Numbered from the stretch's first letter, positions 1 through 8,815 are shown. The stretch: DNA of 25,485 nt from Saprospiraceae bacterium (GCA_007128085.1 SKYC01000051.1:1-25485), one strand, 5' to 3'. Numbers and translations are program-made. The notes: generated from the sequence alone by a model not told the origin.

Positions 1-152
1 AAGCGTAATGGGGTTTTTAATCAAAACCGAAAGAACAATGCCAGAAAATAACAAGAGAAATATACCCATACTCCGTATTGGTCGTACAGACTTGATGGGA
101 TGGTGTGTTTTTTGAAAGGGAATTCACCTGTTTTATTAAAATGTTAATTTAC

Positions 153-2408
153 TTATTTATTTTTTCGTTCTATCCATCGCAGCAGGGAGGGAATCAACAT
201 CAGGTCAAAGGCCAACGCACTCAGCAGGGTTGAACTAATGAGCAGACCCACCGTAAATGTGGGGGGATTTTGACTGAACAAGAGGACGAGAAAACCGAAA
301 AACAGGACAATGGTCGTCAAACACAAGGCTTTACCGGTTTCCCTGAATGTGCGCAAAAGACTTTCATCGGGACTGTAACCACGGCCCCGCACCAAACGGT
401 ATTTGGCCAGAAAGTGAATGCTGTCGTCTACGGCAATTCCGAAAACAATGGCAAAGACAATGGAGACACCGGCCTCGAGTTCGATACCGAGCCAACCGAG
501 CAGTGCAGCGGCGAAGAGCAACGGGAAGAGATTGGGCAGCAATCCTGCCAACAACATCAGCGGTTGCCTGAATAATAACATCATCAGAATACTCACCAAA
601 AGGACGGCCAGCCCCAGACCCTGTAGAAGGTTCTCCCGCACGTAGTGGGCGTTTTTGTCCACGATCACGCCCGTACCTGTGATGCGGAAATCGGCCACGG
701 AAGTGTCCAGTTCCTGTCGGATGAAGTCTTCTATGGATCGGCTGATCAACTGAACCGAGTCCGCCCCGATATCGTCCATATTAGAAGATATCCTCGCCCT
801 TTGACCGTCCTGTGATAGCAGAATATTGGGTTCCGTGCCCGCTGCAAAACGCGTGTAGGCCTGCAGCGATTCATAAGTAGCGGAATCCTGAGGAAAGCGT
901 TCTTCTCCCATCAATTCACCGCGCTCCATTTGATAGAGGAGTCGGTAGAGTGCAGCAGGGGAGCTGACCGATCGTATACTGGGGTAGGAATTGAAGTGTT
1001 CTTCCAGGCGATGGATGTCACGCATGTTTTTGAAATCGCCGGCTTTTTCTCCCTCCGAGTAAATGATGGCCACTTCAAAAGGCCGGAAACCGAAAAAGTT
1101 TTCTTCGAAATAGTGAAAATCCTTTGTGACCTGGGCGCCACGCGGCAGGTTTTCTTCGATTTTGTAATTGGTGGAAATTTTTGAAATGCCCACTACACAG
1201 ATCAACAGAACTCCAATGGAGACCCACCATATTTTTTTGCTTTTTTGGGTGGACAGACGGTATAGCCATGTCATCCATTTGTACCAAAAGTAACGCCCCC
1301 TGTCGTCTCTTAGCAACTGGCGATTGGGAGAAATACTCAACCACAAGGTGGTGAAAATCACTACGGTCAGATAAGCGATGAGCACTCCGGCTGCAGCGTT
1401 GATACCGAACTCCCGAATGGGGGCGATTCGGCTGGTGAGCAGTGAGGCAAAACCAATAGCGGTGGTCACGGAAGTCATGAGCGTAGCCAGGCCGATTTCT
1501 TTGACTGTCCGTATCAAGGCAAAGTCTGGTTTTTTGCCCCGCGAAATTTCATCCAGGTATTTACTGGTAATGTGAATGACATCGGAGGTGCCGACAATGA
1601 TCATAATGACCGGATACAGGGCAGCCATGACGGACAGTTCTCTTCCTGTCAGGGCGAGAAATCCCAGGAAAAAAAGCATGGAGATGGCAATGGATACCAA
1701 AGAGATGAGTACGACCTTGCCCTTTCGAAAGAGGAAGAATAAAATGATACTCACCAAAATACCGGAAATGATGGTGGATCGGGTCAATTCCCACAATTGA
1801 GACCGACTGATTTCCACCTGGAAAAAAGCGCGCCCCAATGCGTGCCACTGTTTTATGTCTTTGCTCTCCATATAGTTGCGGAGCCGGTCTACCAATTCGG
1901 AAGACTGGTCGATGGTAATGTTGTCTATGGTTTTGATGAACACCACGCTGGCAGTGGCTTTTTCATCCACCAACCTGCGGACGAACCGGTCGTTGTTGAA
2001 CAAAAGTAAACTGTCGCTGGCAAAGCGCTCGGGACGATCGTGGTGAACCAACCTACGGGAGGCAATGCCAAAGGGCGTTCGGTAGGGCAGTTGAATATCC
2101 GTCAGGGAAATGACACGCTCCACATGTGGAAATTCACGGGAGGCGGATGCAAAGTCGCGAACTTTTCTCAGGTAAGAAGTATCGAATATGGTACCGCTTT
2201 CTGAGGGGAGCGCGATGAGCAAAAAATTGTCGTCGGTTTCAAAGTCGTCTATGAACTCCAGAAAAAACTCCAGGTCTTCGTCCCCTTCGGGAAAAAAGTT
2301 TTCGAAATCAAAATTGAACTTCAACTGGAGAATCAGGGGAATACAAGCCAGGCTCAGCAACGATATGCCGATGAGAATGCCTACTTTTATTTTCCGGGGC
2401 AGGATCAT
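153..2408 (-). CDS. MMPL/RND-family membrane transporter (two MMPL repeats)
   Basis: 751-aa ORF with two repeats of 1 TM + large soluble loop + 5 TM. TM4/TM10-type motifs IIVGTSDVIHI and GIAVDDSIHF are present, followed by typical TSVTTAIGFASL and LTTIVLFFGF segments. Confidence 0.9.
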   Translation of the reverse strand: MILPRKIKVGILIGISLLSLACIPLILQLKFNFDFENFFPEGDEDLEFFLEFIDDFETDDNFLLIALPSESGTIFDTSYLRKVRDFASASREFPHVERVISLTDIQLPYRTPFGIASRRLVHHDRPERFASDSLLLFNNDRFVRRLVDEKATASVVFIKTIDNITIDQSSELVDRLRNYMESKDIKQWHALGRAFFQVEISRSQLWELTRSTIISGILVSIILFFLFRKGKVVLISLVSIAISMLFFLGFLALTGRELSVMAALYPVIMIIVGTSDVIHITSKYLDEISRGKKPDFALIRTVKEIGLATLMTSVTTAIGFASLLTSRIAPIREFGINAAAGVLIAYLTVVIFTTLWLSISPNRQLLRDDRGRYFWYKWMTWLYRLSTQKSKKIWWVSIGVLLICVVGISKISTNYKIEENLPRGAQVTKDFHYFEENFFGFRPFEVAIIYSEGEKAGDFKNMRDIHRLEEHFNSYPSIRSVSSPAALYRLLYQMERGELMGEERFPQDSATYESLQAYTRFAAGTEPNILLSQDGQRARISSNMDDIGADSVQLISRSIEDFIRQELDTSVADFRITGTGVIVDKNAHYVRENLLQGLGLAVLLVSILMMLLFRQPLMLLAGLLPNLFPLLFAAALLGWLGIELEAGVSIVFAIVFGIAVDDSIHFLAKYRLVRGRGYSPDESLLRTFRETGKALCLTTIVLFFGFLVLLFSQNPPTFTVGLLISSTLLSALAFDLMLIPSLLRWIERKNK

Positions 2409-2632
2409 ATTTGTATTCTTTCCCTATGCAAATCAAAAGCCGGGGACAATTGTTCTGAGAAAGATGCAGAATCGGCAGAAAAGGCTCATGGATCCTTCAC
2501 TTGCAGGAAATAAAAAAAATGTGTTTCTTTGGCGTGCGGTTGATCAACCTGTCCTCAAAACAATGGATGAATCGAAGAGGGGAGGATTTATTTTAATTCC
2601 CCGCAGTTTATGTAAGCAAAAAATTTACTCAA

Positions 2633-4108
2633 ATGAAGCATTTATCAGTATTGATTGCGATTTTATTGTCCGTGGTTTCCCTTTTCGGGCAACAGCGACA
2701 ATTGCCCGCCGATACGGCAGTGATCACCCATCACGAAGTGGAGATTCGGGGGGAGCGCATATCCTACTCTGTAGAAGTGGGAATGCAACCCGTCTGGGGA
2801 GAGGAGGACAAAGCCATAGCGTCTCTGCATTATACCTATTATCGCAGAACCGACATCGATGAAGATCCCTACAGGCCTTTGATGATTTCTTTTAACGGAG
2901 GGCCCGGGTCGGCTTCCGTTTGGATGCACATCGGTTATACCGGACCCCGGTTTTTAAAGATCGACGAGGAGGGGTATCCGATACAGCCCTACGGACTGGT
3001 TGACAACCCTCACTCGGTGCTGGATGCAACCGATATCTTATTTGTAAACCCGGTCAATACCGGCTATTCAAGAATAATTGACGAATCAGTGGACCGGGAA
3101 TTGTTTTTCGGGGTGAATGCCGATATTCGATACCTGGCGGAGTGGATCAACAATTTTGTCACGAGGAAAAATCGCTGGCGCTCGCCCAAATACCTGATTG
3201 GGGAGAGTTATGGAACCACGCGGGTGGCCGGACTGGCTCTTGAATTGCAGAACCGCCAGTGGATGTACCTCAATGGAGTAATCCTGGTGTCGCCCACCGG
3301 ACTGGGAGTTGATCGGGATGGGCCCGTAGGGATAGCCAACCGCATTCCCTATTTTGCAGCCGCGGCCTGGTATCACAACGCTCTGAGTGAGGAGTTGCAA
3401 AACAAAGATTTGTACGAAGTATTGGAGGAAGCAGAGCACTTCGCCATCCATCAATTGCTGCCGGCACTGGTCAAAGGTGGTTTTTTGGAAGAGGATAAAC
3501 GCGTAGAAATGGCGAGTGGTATTGCCTGGTTTTCAGGCATTGATGAAAAGGCAATCCTAAGGCACAATCTCGACCTGGGATATGCGGCTTTTTGGAAAAA
3601 ATTAAAACAGGCAGAGGGTTATACCATCGGTCGCCTGGATTCTAGATATCTCGGAATTGACAGGATGGATGCGGGGCAGCGGCCCGATTACAATGCCGAA
3701 CTGACCTCGTGGCTGCACTCTTTTACTCCGGCCATCAATTACTATTTCAGCGAGGAATTGGGATTCCAAACGGACGTAAAATACAATATGTTTGGACCGG
3801 TGCATCCCTGGGATCGCTCCGGTGATCAGACGGGCGAAAATCTCCGGCAGGCCATGGCGCAGAATCCCTTTTTGAATGTGCTGTTCCAGGTGGGCTATTA
3901 CGACGGTGCCACCACTTATTTCAACGCCAAATACACCATGTGGCAGATGGATCCGAGCGGAAAACTCAAAGACCGTCTGAGTTTTGAGGGCTATCGCAGC
4001 GGGCACATGATGTACCTGCGACACGAAGATCTCGAATTGTCAAATGTTCACTTGCGGGAGTTTATCCTGAATAGCATTCCGGAAGAAGGTCAACCGGCGC
4101 GGTATTGA
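2633..4108 (+). CDS. Secreted serine carboxypeptidase, peptidase family S10
   Basis: Sec signal peptide MKHLSVLIAILLSVVSLFGQ, NGGPGSAS oxyanion motif, GESYG nucleophile motif and C-terminal SGHMMY catalytic His motif. Confidence 0.92.
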   Translation: MKHLSVLIAILLSVVSLFGQQRQLPADTAVITHHEVEIRGERISYSVEVGMQPVWGEEDKAIASLHYTYYRRTDIDEDPYRPLMISFNGGPGSASVWMHIGYTGPRFLKIDEEGYPIQPYGLVDNPHSVLDATDILFVNPVNTGYSRIIDESVDRELFFGVNADIRYLAEWINNFVTRKNRWRSPKYLIGESYGTTRVAGLALELQNRQWMYLNGVILVSPTGLGVDRDGPVGIANRIPYFAAAAWYHNALSEELQNKDLYEVLEEAEHFAIHQLLPALVKGGFLEEDKRVEMASGIAWFSGIDEKAILRHNLDLGYAAFWKKLKQAEGYTIGRLDSRYLGIDRMDAGQRPDYNAELTSWLHSFTPAINYYFSEELGFQTDVKYNMFGPVHPWDRSGDQTGENLRQAMAQNPFLNVLFQVGYYDGATTYFNAKYTMWQMDPSGKLKDRLSFEGYRSGHMMYLRHEDLELSNVHLREFILNSIPEEGQPARY

Positions 4109-4549
4109 TATTTGAGTCAGCTTTGAATCTCAGTTTATGGCTAAAATGGTTTTTTAAAAACAGCATTTTGGGATTGATTGATGAAAAAGTGAACACCGAA
4201 TATCGATAAACGAATGCAGATTTGAGAAGGTAAATGTTGGAAAGAAACAAGCCGGAAACTGTACAATGGGATATAAAATGAAGCAAAATCACCCATCGGA
4301 ATTAAATCTATCAAATTGGGCACATGACAGATAATGGAAACCCCTTTTACAAAAGTGGATGTGGTAAAGACAAGTGAATAAAAACTTGAATACCTATGGA
4401 TCTTGGGATTTAATTATGTCTCAGCCTGAATGCAGGTTTAAAATGATGCCGGTCCTAAAGACCCTTTTAAAACCTTATCCTTTCTTTCTATTCTTTAACT
4501 GTAAGGTGGTAAGACGGTTATTCAGTGTATAACGAATCTCGTAAAAAGC

Positions 4550-4572
4550 AAAAAAAAAAGCCACAGAGTGGC
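4550..4572 (-). terminator. Possible intrinsic terminator for the kinase/regulator transcript
   Basis: The minus strand reads GCCAC-TCT-GTGGC followed by T10, about 150 bp downstream of the regulator stop. The stem is only 5 bp. Confidence 0.45.
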
Positions 4573-4724
4573 GGCACCTTAATCCTATCTCCTTAACCTT
4601 CATTACTCCATACCTTACCATTTATTATTCAAAAGCCTAACCCGATAAAACTAAAATCGTTAATCGGCATTCATCGATGCATGAATTTTTATTCGATTTA
4701 GAACAATCGAACTCAGTTTACAAG

Positions 4725-5765
4725 TCAATCCGGCATATCCTTTAGCCCATTGAAATCGGTGAGGGTTATTTTTCCTCCATTAATTTCCAGCAGACCTTCG
4801 TCTTTAAAATCGGAAAGGGTTCGCGTCAGTGTTTCTTTGGCCGTTCCGCACATAGCGGATAGGTCAGCTCTGCTGATGTCAATGGGCTGCTGTTCTGTCC
4901 CGAGCCCGAGCCCGTGCAACTCGTGAAGGATGAGTGCCACTTTTTTTCTCACCGAGTGAAAGGCACTGGCCAGTAGTTTCTCCTCCAGATTGGACTTTTG
5001 CCGGTAAACCACTTCCTGAATGGCGTATACGATATGAGGCTCTTCCCTGATGGCATCCCTAAATGCGTCGACCGGAAGTACCAGGGCGGTGCAATCGGTA
5101 ATGGAGCGACAGTGTGTCTGAAACGGGTGATCGCTATAGGCTTCCCAGAGCCCGGGATATAGACCTTCCGTGTGGATTCGGAAGATAAACTCGCGACCAA
5201 AATCCGTAGAGCAGTATTCCTTGGCAATGCCACTTTTTAATAGAAGGGCATTTCTGGACATCTCTCGTTTGGAAAAAAAATCGTAGTTGGGAGGGTAATT
5301 GCGTTCCTCTCCCTGGTCGAATAATCCCTTGAGCAGTGAAAAAGACCGATGAATATTTTTCAGCTTACTCTCCGTCATATGATCTTTGTGAAAATTCTCG
5401 ACACGCTCCAGGCGCATTTCAATAACTGAGAGCAATTCGTCTTTCTGAAAGGGCTTGGTGATGTAATCGTCCGCGCCGAGATTCATTCCTTTCCTCATGT
5501 CCGCCAGTTCCGTTTTGGCCGTGAGAAAGATAAAGGGAATGGAGTTGAGTTCCGGCTTTTTAGAGAGAATTTGAAGTATGCCAAAACCGTCTATTACGGG
5601 AAGCATTACATCGCACAATATCAAATCGGGTTTCCAGCTCTCGGCAAATTGCACTCCCTCTTTTCCATCCTTGCCGGATTTTACTTCGTAGCCCGATAAT
5701 TCGAGAATTTCCTCCAGGTTTTCCCTGACGTCTGTGTTGTCCTCAATGATCAATATTTTCTTCAT
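4725..5765 (-). CDS. Response regulator: N-terminal receiver domain fused to a Crp/Fnr effector domain and HTH
   Basis: Receiver motifs IEDN, DLILCDVMLP (phospho-Asp), LTAK and KPF. C-terminal Crp-type HTH ISRADLSAMCGTAKETLTRTLSDFKDEGLL. Confidence 0.9.
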   Translation of the reverse strand: MKKILIIEDNTDVRENLEEILELSGYEVKSGKDGKEGVQFAESWKPDLILCDVMLPVIDGFGILQILSKKPELNSIPFIFLTAKTELADMRKGMNLGADDYITKPFQKDELLSVIEMRLERVENFHKDHMTESKLKNIHRSFSLLKGLFDQGEERNYPPNYDFFSKREMSRNALLLKSGIAKEYCSTDFGREFIFRIHTEGLYPGLWEAYSDHPFQTHCRSITDCTALVLPVDAFRDAIREEPHIVYAIQEVVYRQKSNLEEKLLASAFHSVRKKVALILHELHGLGLGTEQQPIDISRADLSAMCGTAKETLTRTLSDFKDEGLLEINGGKITLTDFNGLKDMPD

Positions 5766-5871
5766 GTATGAAGTTTTACTGTACCTATTGGTTGCAGATG
5801 CAAAAATTTAAAGGCTAATTCCACCCTTTGGGGTTGAGGAACTGTCCTTGTTTCACTTAATCGAAAATTTC

Positions 5872-7476
5872 CTAAGCCGTATTCTCCCCCTCGGGAAGTT
5901 CGACTTTAAAGGTCGTTCCACTTTCCGGCCGGCTTTCAAATGAAATGTCTCCGCCCAAAATTTCGACGTATTTTTTAACTATGCTCAATCCCAGTCCGGT
6001 GCCTTCAATGTGGTCTGCATTGGTCGCCCGGAAAAACTTTGAAAACAGGTGCTTTTGATCTTTTTCCGGTATGCCAATGCCTTTGTCTTTTACTTCAATA
6101 TAGAGTTTTTTGCTCTTTTTAACCAATCGACAAAACACCCCTTTGTCCGAGTATTTTATGGCGTTGTTCAGCAAATTGGTCAATATGGTGTGCAGTATTT
6201 TTTTATCGGTCGTAAACCCGAATTCTGTGGGGTGAAGATCGAATCGAATGTCCTGACCGGGTTTGAGCAGGTGGTTGAATTCGTCGCGCAGGGACGAGAC
6301 CACTTCTGGCAGTTTTATAAGAGATAAATTCGCACTGACTTTGCCCTCCTCAATTTTGCCCAGCGATAAAAAGTCGTTGAGAATATCGGTCAGCGACTTG
6401 ACCGATTTTTTAATGCGCTGAATGTGTTTGGTGCGTTTTTCTTCCTGATCTTCCCGCGTGTACATACTTATGAGATCTACAGAGGATAAAATGGAAGAGA
6501 GAGGCGTCCTGAACTCGTGGGAAGCGGTGGAGACAAAGCGCGATTTGAGTTCATTGAGGTCCCTTTCCATCGACAATGCCTTTTGAAGGTCCTCTTCCCT
6601 TTGCACGAGTTTTTGGTTGGTCTCCTTCAAAGCGACCAGGTTGTCGTTGAGTTTGAGGGTTTTTTCCTTGACGCGCCTTTCCAATTGTTCATTGAGGCTG
6701 ATCAATTCGCTTTCAATATTGATTTTTTGCGTTACATCGTGCAGAATCCATACCTCTCCTTTCCCGTCCCGGTAACCGGCAAAGTCGACCCACTTTATCC
6801 CTCCGGAGCGGGTGTGTACCCGATAGGTCCTTACTTGATCAAAATTTCGCCTCCTGTCCTCTTGATACATTTCGAAGTAAGCTTCCCAGTTTTCTCCCAT
6901 GAGCGCTTTAAACCAGGCACCAAGAGTTTGAATTTCTTCGTCGGAATACCCAATGACCTCCTGGATTTTTTTATTCAGATAGAGGGTGTCACCGATGCGG
7001 TAAACGGCGCCGACCGGCAGGTTTTCTGAGAGGTGGAGCATGCGCATTTCACTCTCCTTCAGCTGCCTCCGTATTTCTTTGAGTTCGGTCAAATCGTGAA
7101 GGATTCCGGCAAAGTATTTTTTACCCCCGAAATTGGCTTCACTGATGGCCAGCAATATGGGAAACAATTCTCCGCTTTTTTTCTGAGCCATCACCTCCCG
7201 ACCGATTCCGATGATTTTACGCTCCCCGGTTTGCAGGTAGTTTTTTAAATACGTGTCGTGCCGGCCGCGATCGGGCTGAGGCATCAGGATGTTGATCTTC
7301 TGCCCCCTCAGTTCTTCCTCGCTGTAACCAAAGAGTTTGGTGATGGAAGGGTTGCTCATCTGAATGACACCTCTGTGGTCGATGACAATTATGCCGTCTA
7401 TGGCTGTGTCTATGACGGCTTTGGATACTTCCGGCTCAAATTTTAAGCTAGTTTCTTTATCGACTTCTTCTCCCAT
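5872..7476 (-). CDS. FixL-like heme-PAS sensor histidine kinase (PAS-PAS-HisKA-HATPase)
   Basis: PAS1 reads LMPQPDRGRHDTYLKNYLQTGERKIIGIGREV. H-box SHEFRTPL, N-box NLLNNAIKY, G1 DKGIGIP and G2 GTGLGL are present. I placed the start at ATG 7476 (MGEEVD), not 7578, because a TAnnTTTG element lies at 7509-7516 inside the longer ORF. Confidence 0.88.
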   Translation of the reverse strand: MGEEVDKETSLKFEPEVSKAVIDTAIDGIIVIDHRGVIQMSNPSITKLFGYSEEELRGQKINILMPQPDRGRHDTYLKNYLQTGERKIIGIGREVMAQKKSGELFPILLAISEANFGGKKYFAGILHDLTELKEIRRQLKESEMRMLHLSENLPVGAVYRIGDTLYLNKKIQEVIGYSDEEIQTLGAWFKALMGENWEAYFEMYQEDRRRNFDQVRTYRVHTRSGGIKWVDFAGYRDGKGEVWILHDVTQKINIESELISLNEQLERRVKEKTLKLNDNLVALKETNQKLVQREEDLQKALSMERDLNELKSRFVSTASHEFRTPLSSILSSVDLISMYTREDQEEKRTKHIQRIKKSVKSLTDILNDFLSLGKIEEGKVSANLSLIKLPEVVSSLRDEFNHLLKPGQDIRFDLHPTEFGFTTDKKILHTILTNLLNNAIKYSDKGVFCRLVKKSKKLYIEVKDKGIGIPEKDQKHLFSKFFRATNADHIEGTGLGLSIVKKYVEILGGDISFESRPESGTTFKVELPEGENTA

Positions 7477-7508
7477 AGCTGTTGGAAATACTTTAACAGT
7501 ATATGAGA

Positions 7509-7516
7509 CAAAAGTA
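7509..7516 (-). promoter_or_regulatory. Bacteroidota sigma70 -7 element (TACTTTTG) for the kinase
   Basis: Exact TAnnTTTG match on the minus strand, 32 nt upstream of ATG 7476. Confidence 0.55.
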
Positions 7517-7768
7517 ATTATTTTTTCGGAGGTGGTTAGCAGAATGCCTGAAAAATGGAGCCGGGGTAGCCTTGTCATTTTCGGTTTTCACCCAATTGTT
7601 TTCCGCATTTCTTAAAGACTGGACACCCTGCCATTGGATTGTCCAAATTTTCGATAGCCATTGTTTTTTGAAGCTGTATAGCCCAAAAGTCCGGTCCATT
7701 TATTTTCCAATTTAGAATTACCGGTTCTAAGCTTCCTTTCTTTTCAGGGATAAAACGAGCATGAACTT

Positions 7769-7805
7769 TTTTAATCAAAAATTTCACAAAGGTGAATGAT
7801 TAAAA
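7769..7805. repeat. Inverted repeat TTTTAATCA...TGATTAAAA enclosing TTCAC-AAAG-GTGAA
   Basis: 9-bp perfect arms at 7769-7777 and 7797-7805, plus an inner 5-bp stem at 7783-7796. Confidence 0.5.
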
Positions 7806-7836
7806 TAAGTTGCATGCGAGTTCCTGAATGTATTCA
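7794..7836 (+). repeat. Copy A of a 43-bp dispersed non-coding motif (GAnTGATnnAAATAAGTTGC-N10-CTGAATGTATTCA)
   Basis: Ungapped 35/43 identity with 25259-25301, counted by hand. Confidence 0.75.
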
Positions 7837-7870
7837 AATTTTTTGCATTTTTAATGCAAGCAAAAAATTT
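7836..7870. repeat. Nested inverted repeats AAATTTTTTGC/GCAAAAAATTT and TTGCATT/AATGCAA
   Basis: Perfect 11-bp arms at 7836-7846 and 7860-7870; perfect 7-bp arms at 7843-7849 and 7853-7859. Confidence 0.55.
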
Positions 7871-7981
7871 TAAACAGATGAAACGGTCCATGACCGCGAG
7901 ATTTACTGCCGGACACAAGGAAGAATGATTAAATTTCACGTCTGCAGTCAATCGCAAGGAATAAATTTTAAACAGATGAAA
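7865..7981 (+). repeat. 19-bp exact direct repeat AAATTTTAAACAGATGAAA
   Basis: Copies at 7865-7883 and 7963-7981, 98 bp apart. A third 13/14 core copy lies at 8153-8166. Confidence 0.7.
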
Positions 7982-8066
7982 AGAGGAGAAGCGCCACCTT
8001 GTTTGCGAAAGAGAGGGCACCCATCAAACCAAAGGTCATCAGTCTTGTTTTTAATTAAAATCTATT

Positions 8067-8762
8067 TTGGATTCCAAAAAAACTTCTTCCGCCATTCACC
8101 TTCAAAGAGTAGTTCTGTATTTTTTTAAGTTTAAAAAGAACAGGTATTGGGCTTTTAAACAAATGAGATTGGCTCAGGCTCCACTCAGCAGTAAGGAAGG
8201 ACTGCCATTCTTTAAACTGCTGGGATGCGGAAGTGGCAATGGATTCAGTCTGTGGCCGGACTTCGGAACCTACGCATTGTTGACGGTCTGGGACGACTCG
8301 GATAGTCTGAACGCATTTGAAAACAACCCATCGGTTTTGGGCAATTACCTCGACAAGAGTTCTTCCTGCAGGCGATTTGAAATGCATCCGGTGGCGGGCC
8401 ACGGCAGTTGGGGAGGGGTAGAACCCTTTCAATACAAGGAGCCAATGGAAGGAGAGTATTCGTGGGCGGTCATCACCCGCGCATCCATTAAGAGGACAAA
8501 ACTGGCGGAGTTTTGGCTGAAGGTTCCCGGGGTCAGCAAACGAGTCAAAGGATTTCCCGGAGCAGAGTTTTCTGTAGGTATCGGTGAACTGCCCCTGGTA
8601 GAACAAGCCACCTTTAGTTTGTGGAGGGATTTGAATCAGATGAAGGCATTTGCCTACGGAGATCGCAATCACAGCGAAGTGGTCAAACTTACCCGGGTAA
8701 AAAAGTGGTATTCTGAAGAGTTGTTCGTCCGCTTTCAAATACTGAAATCAGAACAATTGTAG
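8067..8762 (+). CDS. crtA: CrtA-like protein (spheroidene monooxygenase / carotenoid hydroxylase family)
   Basis: Family-like segments FFKLLGCGSGNGFSLWPD, GHGSWGG, GIGELPLVEQATFSLW, FAY...HSEVV and WYSEELFVRF. The start codon is uncertain (TTG at 8067). The symbol denotes the family only. Confidence 0.75.
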   Translation: MDSKKTSSAIHLQRVVLYFFKFKKNRYWAFKQMRLAQAPLSSKEGLPFFKLLGCGSGNGFSLWPDFGTYALLTVWDDSDSLNAFENNPSVLGNYLDKSSSCRRFEMHPVAGHGSWGGVEPFQYKEPMEGEYSWAVITRASIKRTKLAEFWLKVPGVSKRVKGFPGAEFSVGIGELPLVEQATFSLWRDLNQMKAFAYGDRNHSEVVKLTRVKKWYSEELFVRFQILKSEQL

Positions 8763-8794
8763 GCTGCGCGGATATTGAGAAATGGTAATTTTGT

Positions 8795-8802
8795 TATCTT
8801 TG
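8795..8802 (+). promoter_or_regulatory. Bacteroidota -7 element TATCTTTG for the rhodanese-DUF885 unit
   Basis: Exact TAnnTTTG 13 nt before ATG 8816, with a TTG at 8775-8777 (17-nt spacer). Confidence 0.6.
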
Positions 8803-8815
8803 TAAAAAATTTAGC

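Noticed and set aside
1-69. Possible 5' end of a membrane-protein gene on the minus strand (MGIFLLLFSGIVLSVLIKNPITL) running off the left edge
   Set aside because: Only 23 codons are visible, too few to support a call.
2188-2862. 224-aa plus-strand ORF and the other long alternative-frame ORFs (e.g. 9215-9961, 13425-14099, 14838-15383, 24177-24959)
   Set aside because: They overlap well-supported genes, mostly antisense, and show no recognisable motifs. They are treated as shadow ORFs.
7477-7578. 34-aa N-terminal extension of the kinase in the ORF track
   Set aside because: A TAnnTTTG promoter element lies within it, and the sequence is AT-rich and UTR-like.
7825-7836. TGAATGTATTCA as an ArgR box, tempting because arcA is next to copy B
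   Set aside because: ARG boxes are TGAAT-N4-ATTCA. The spacing here is N2, and copy B is downstream of arcA.
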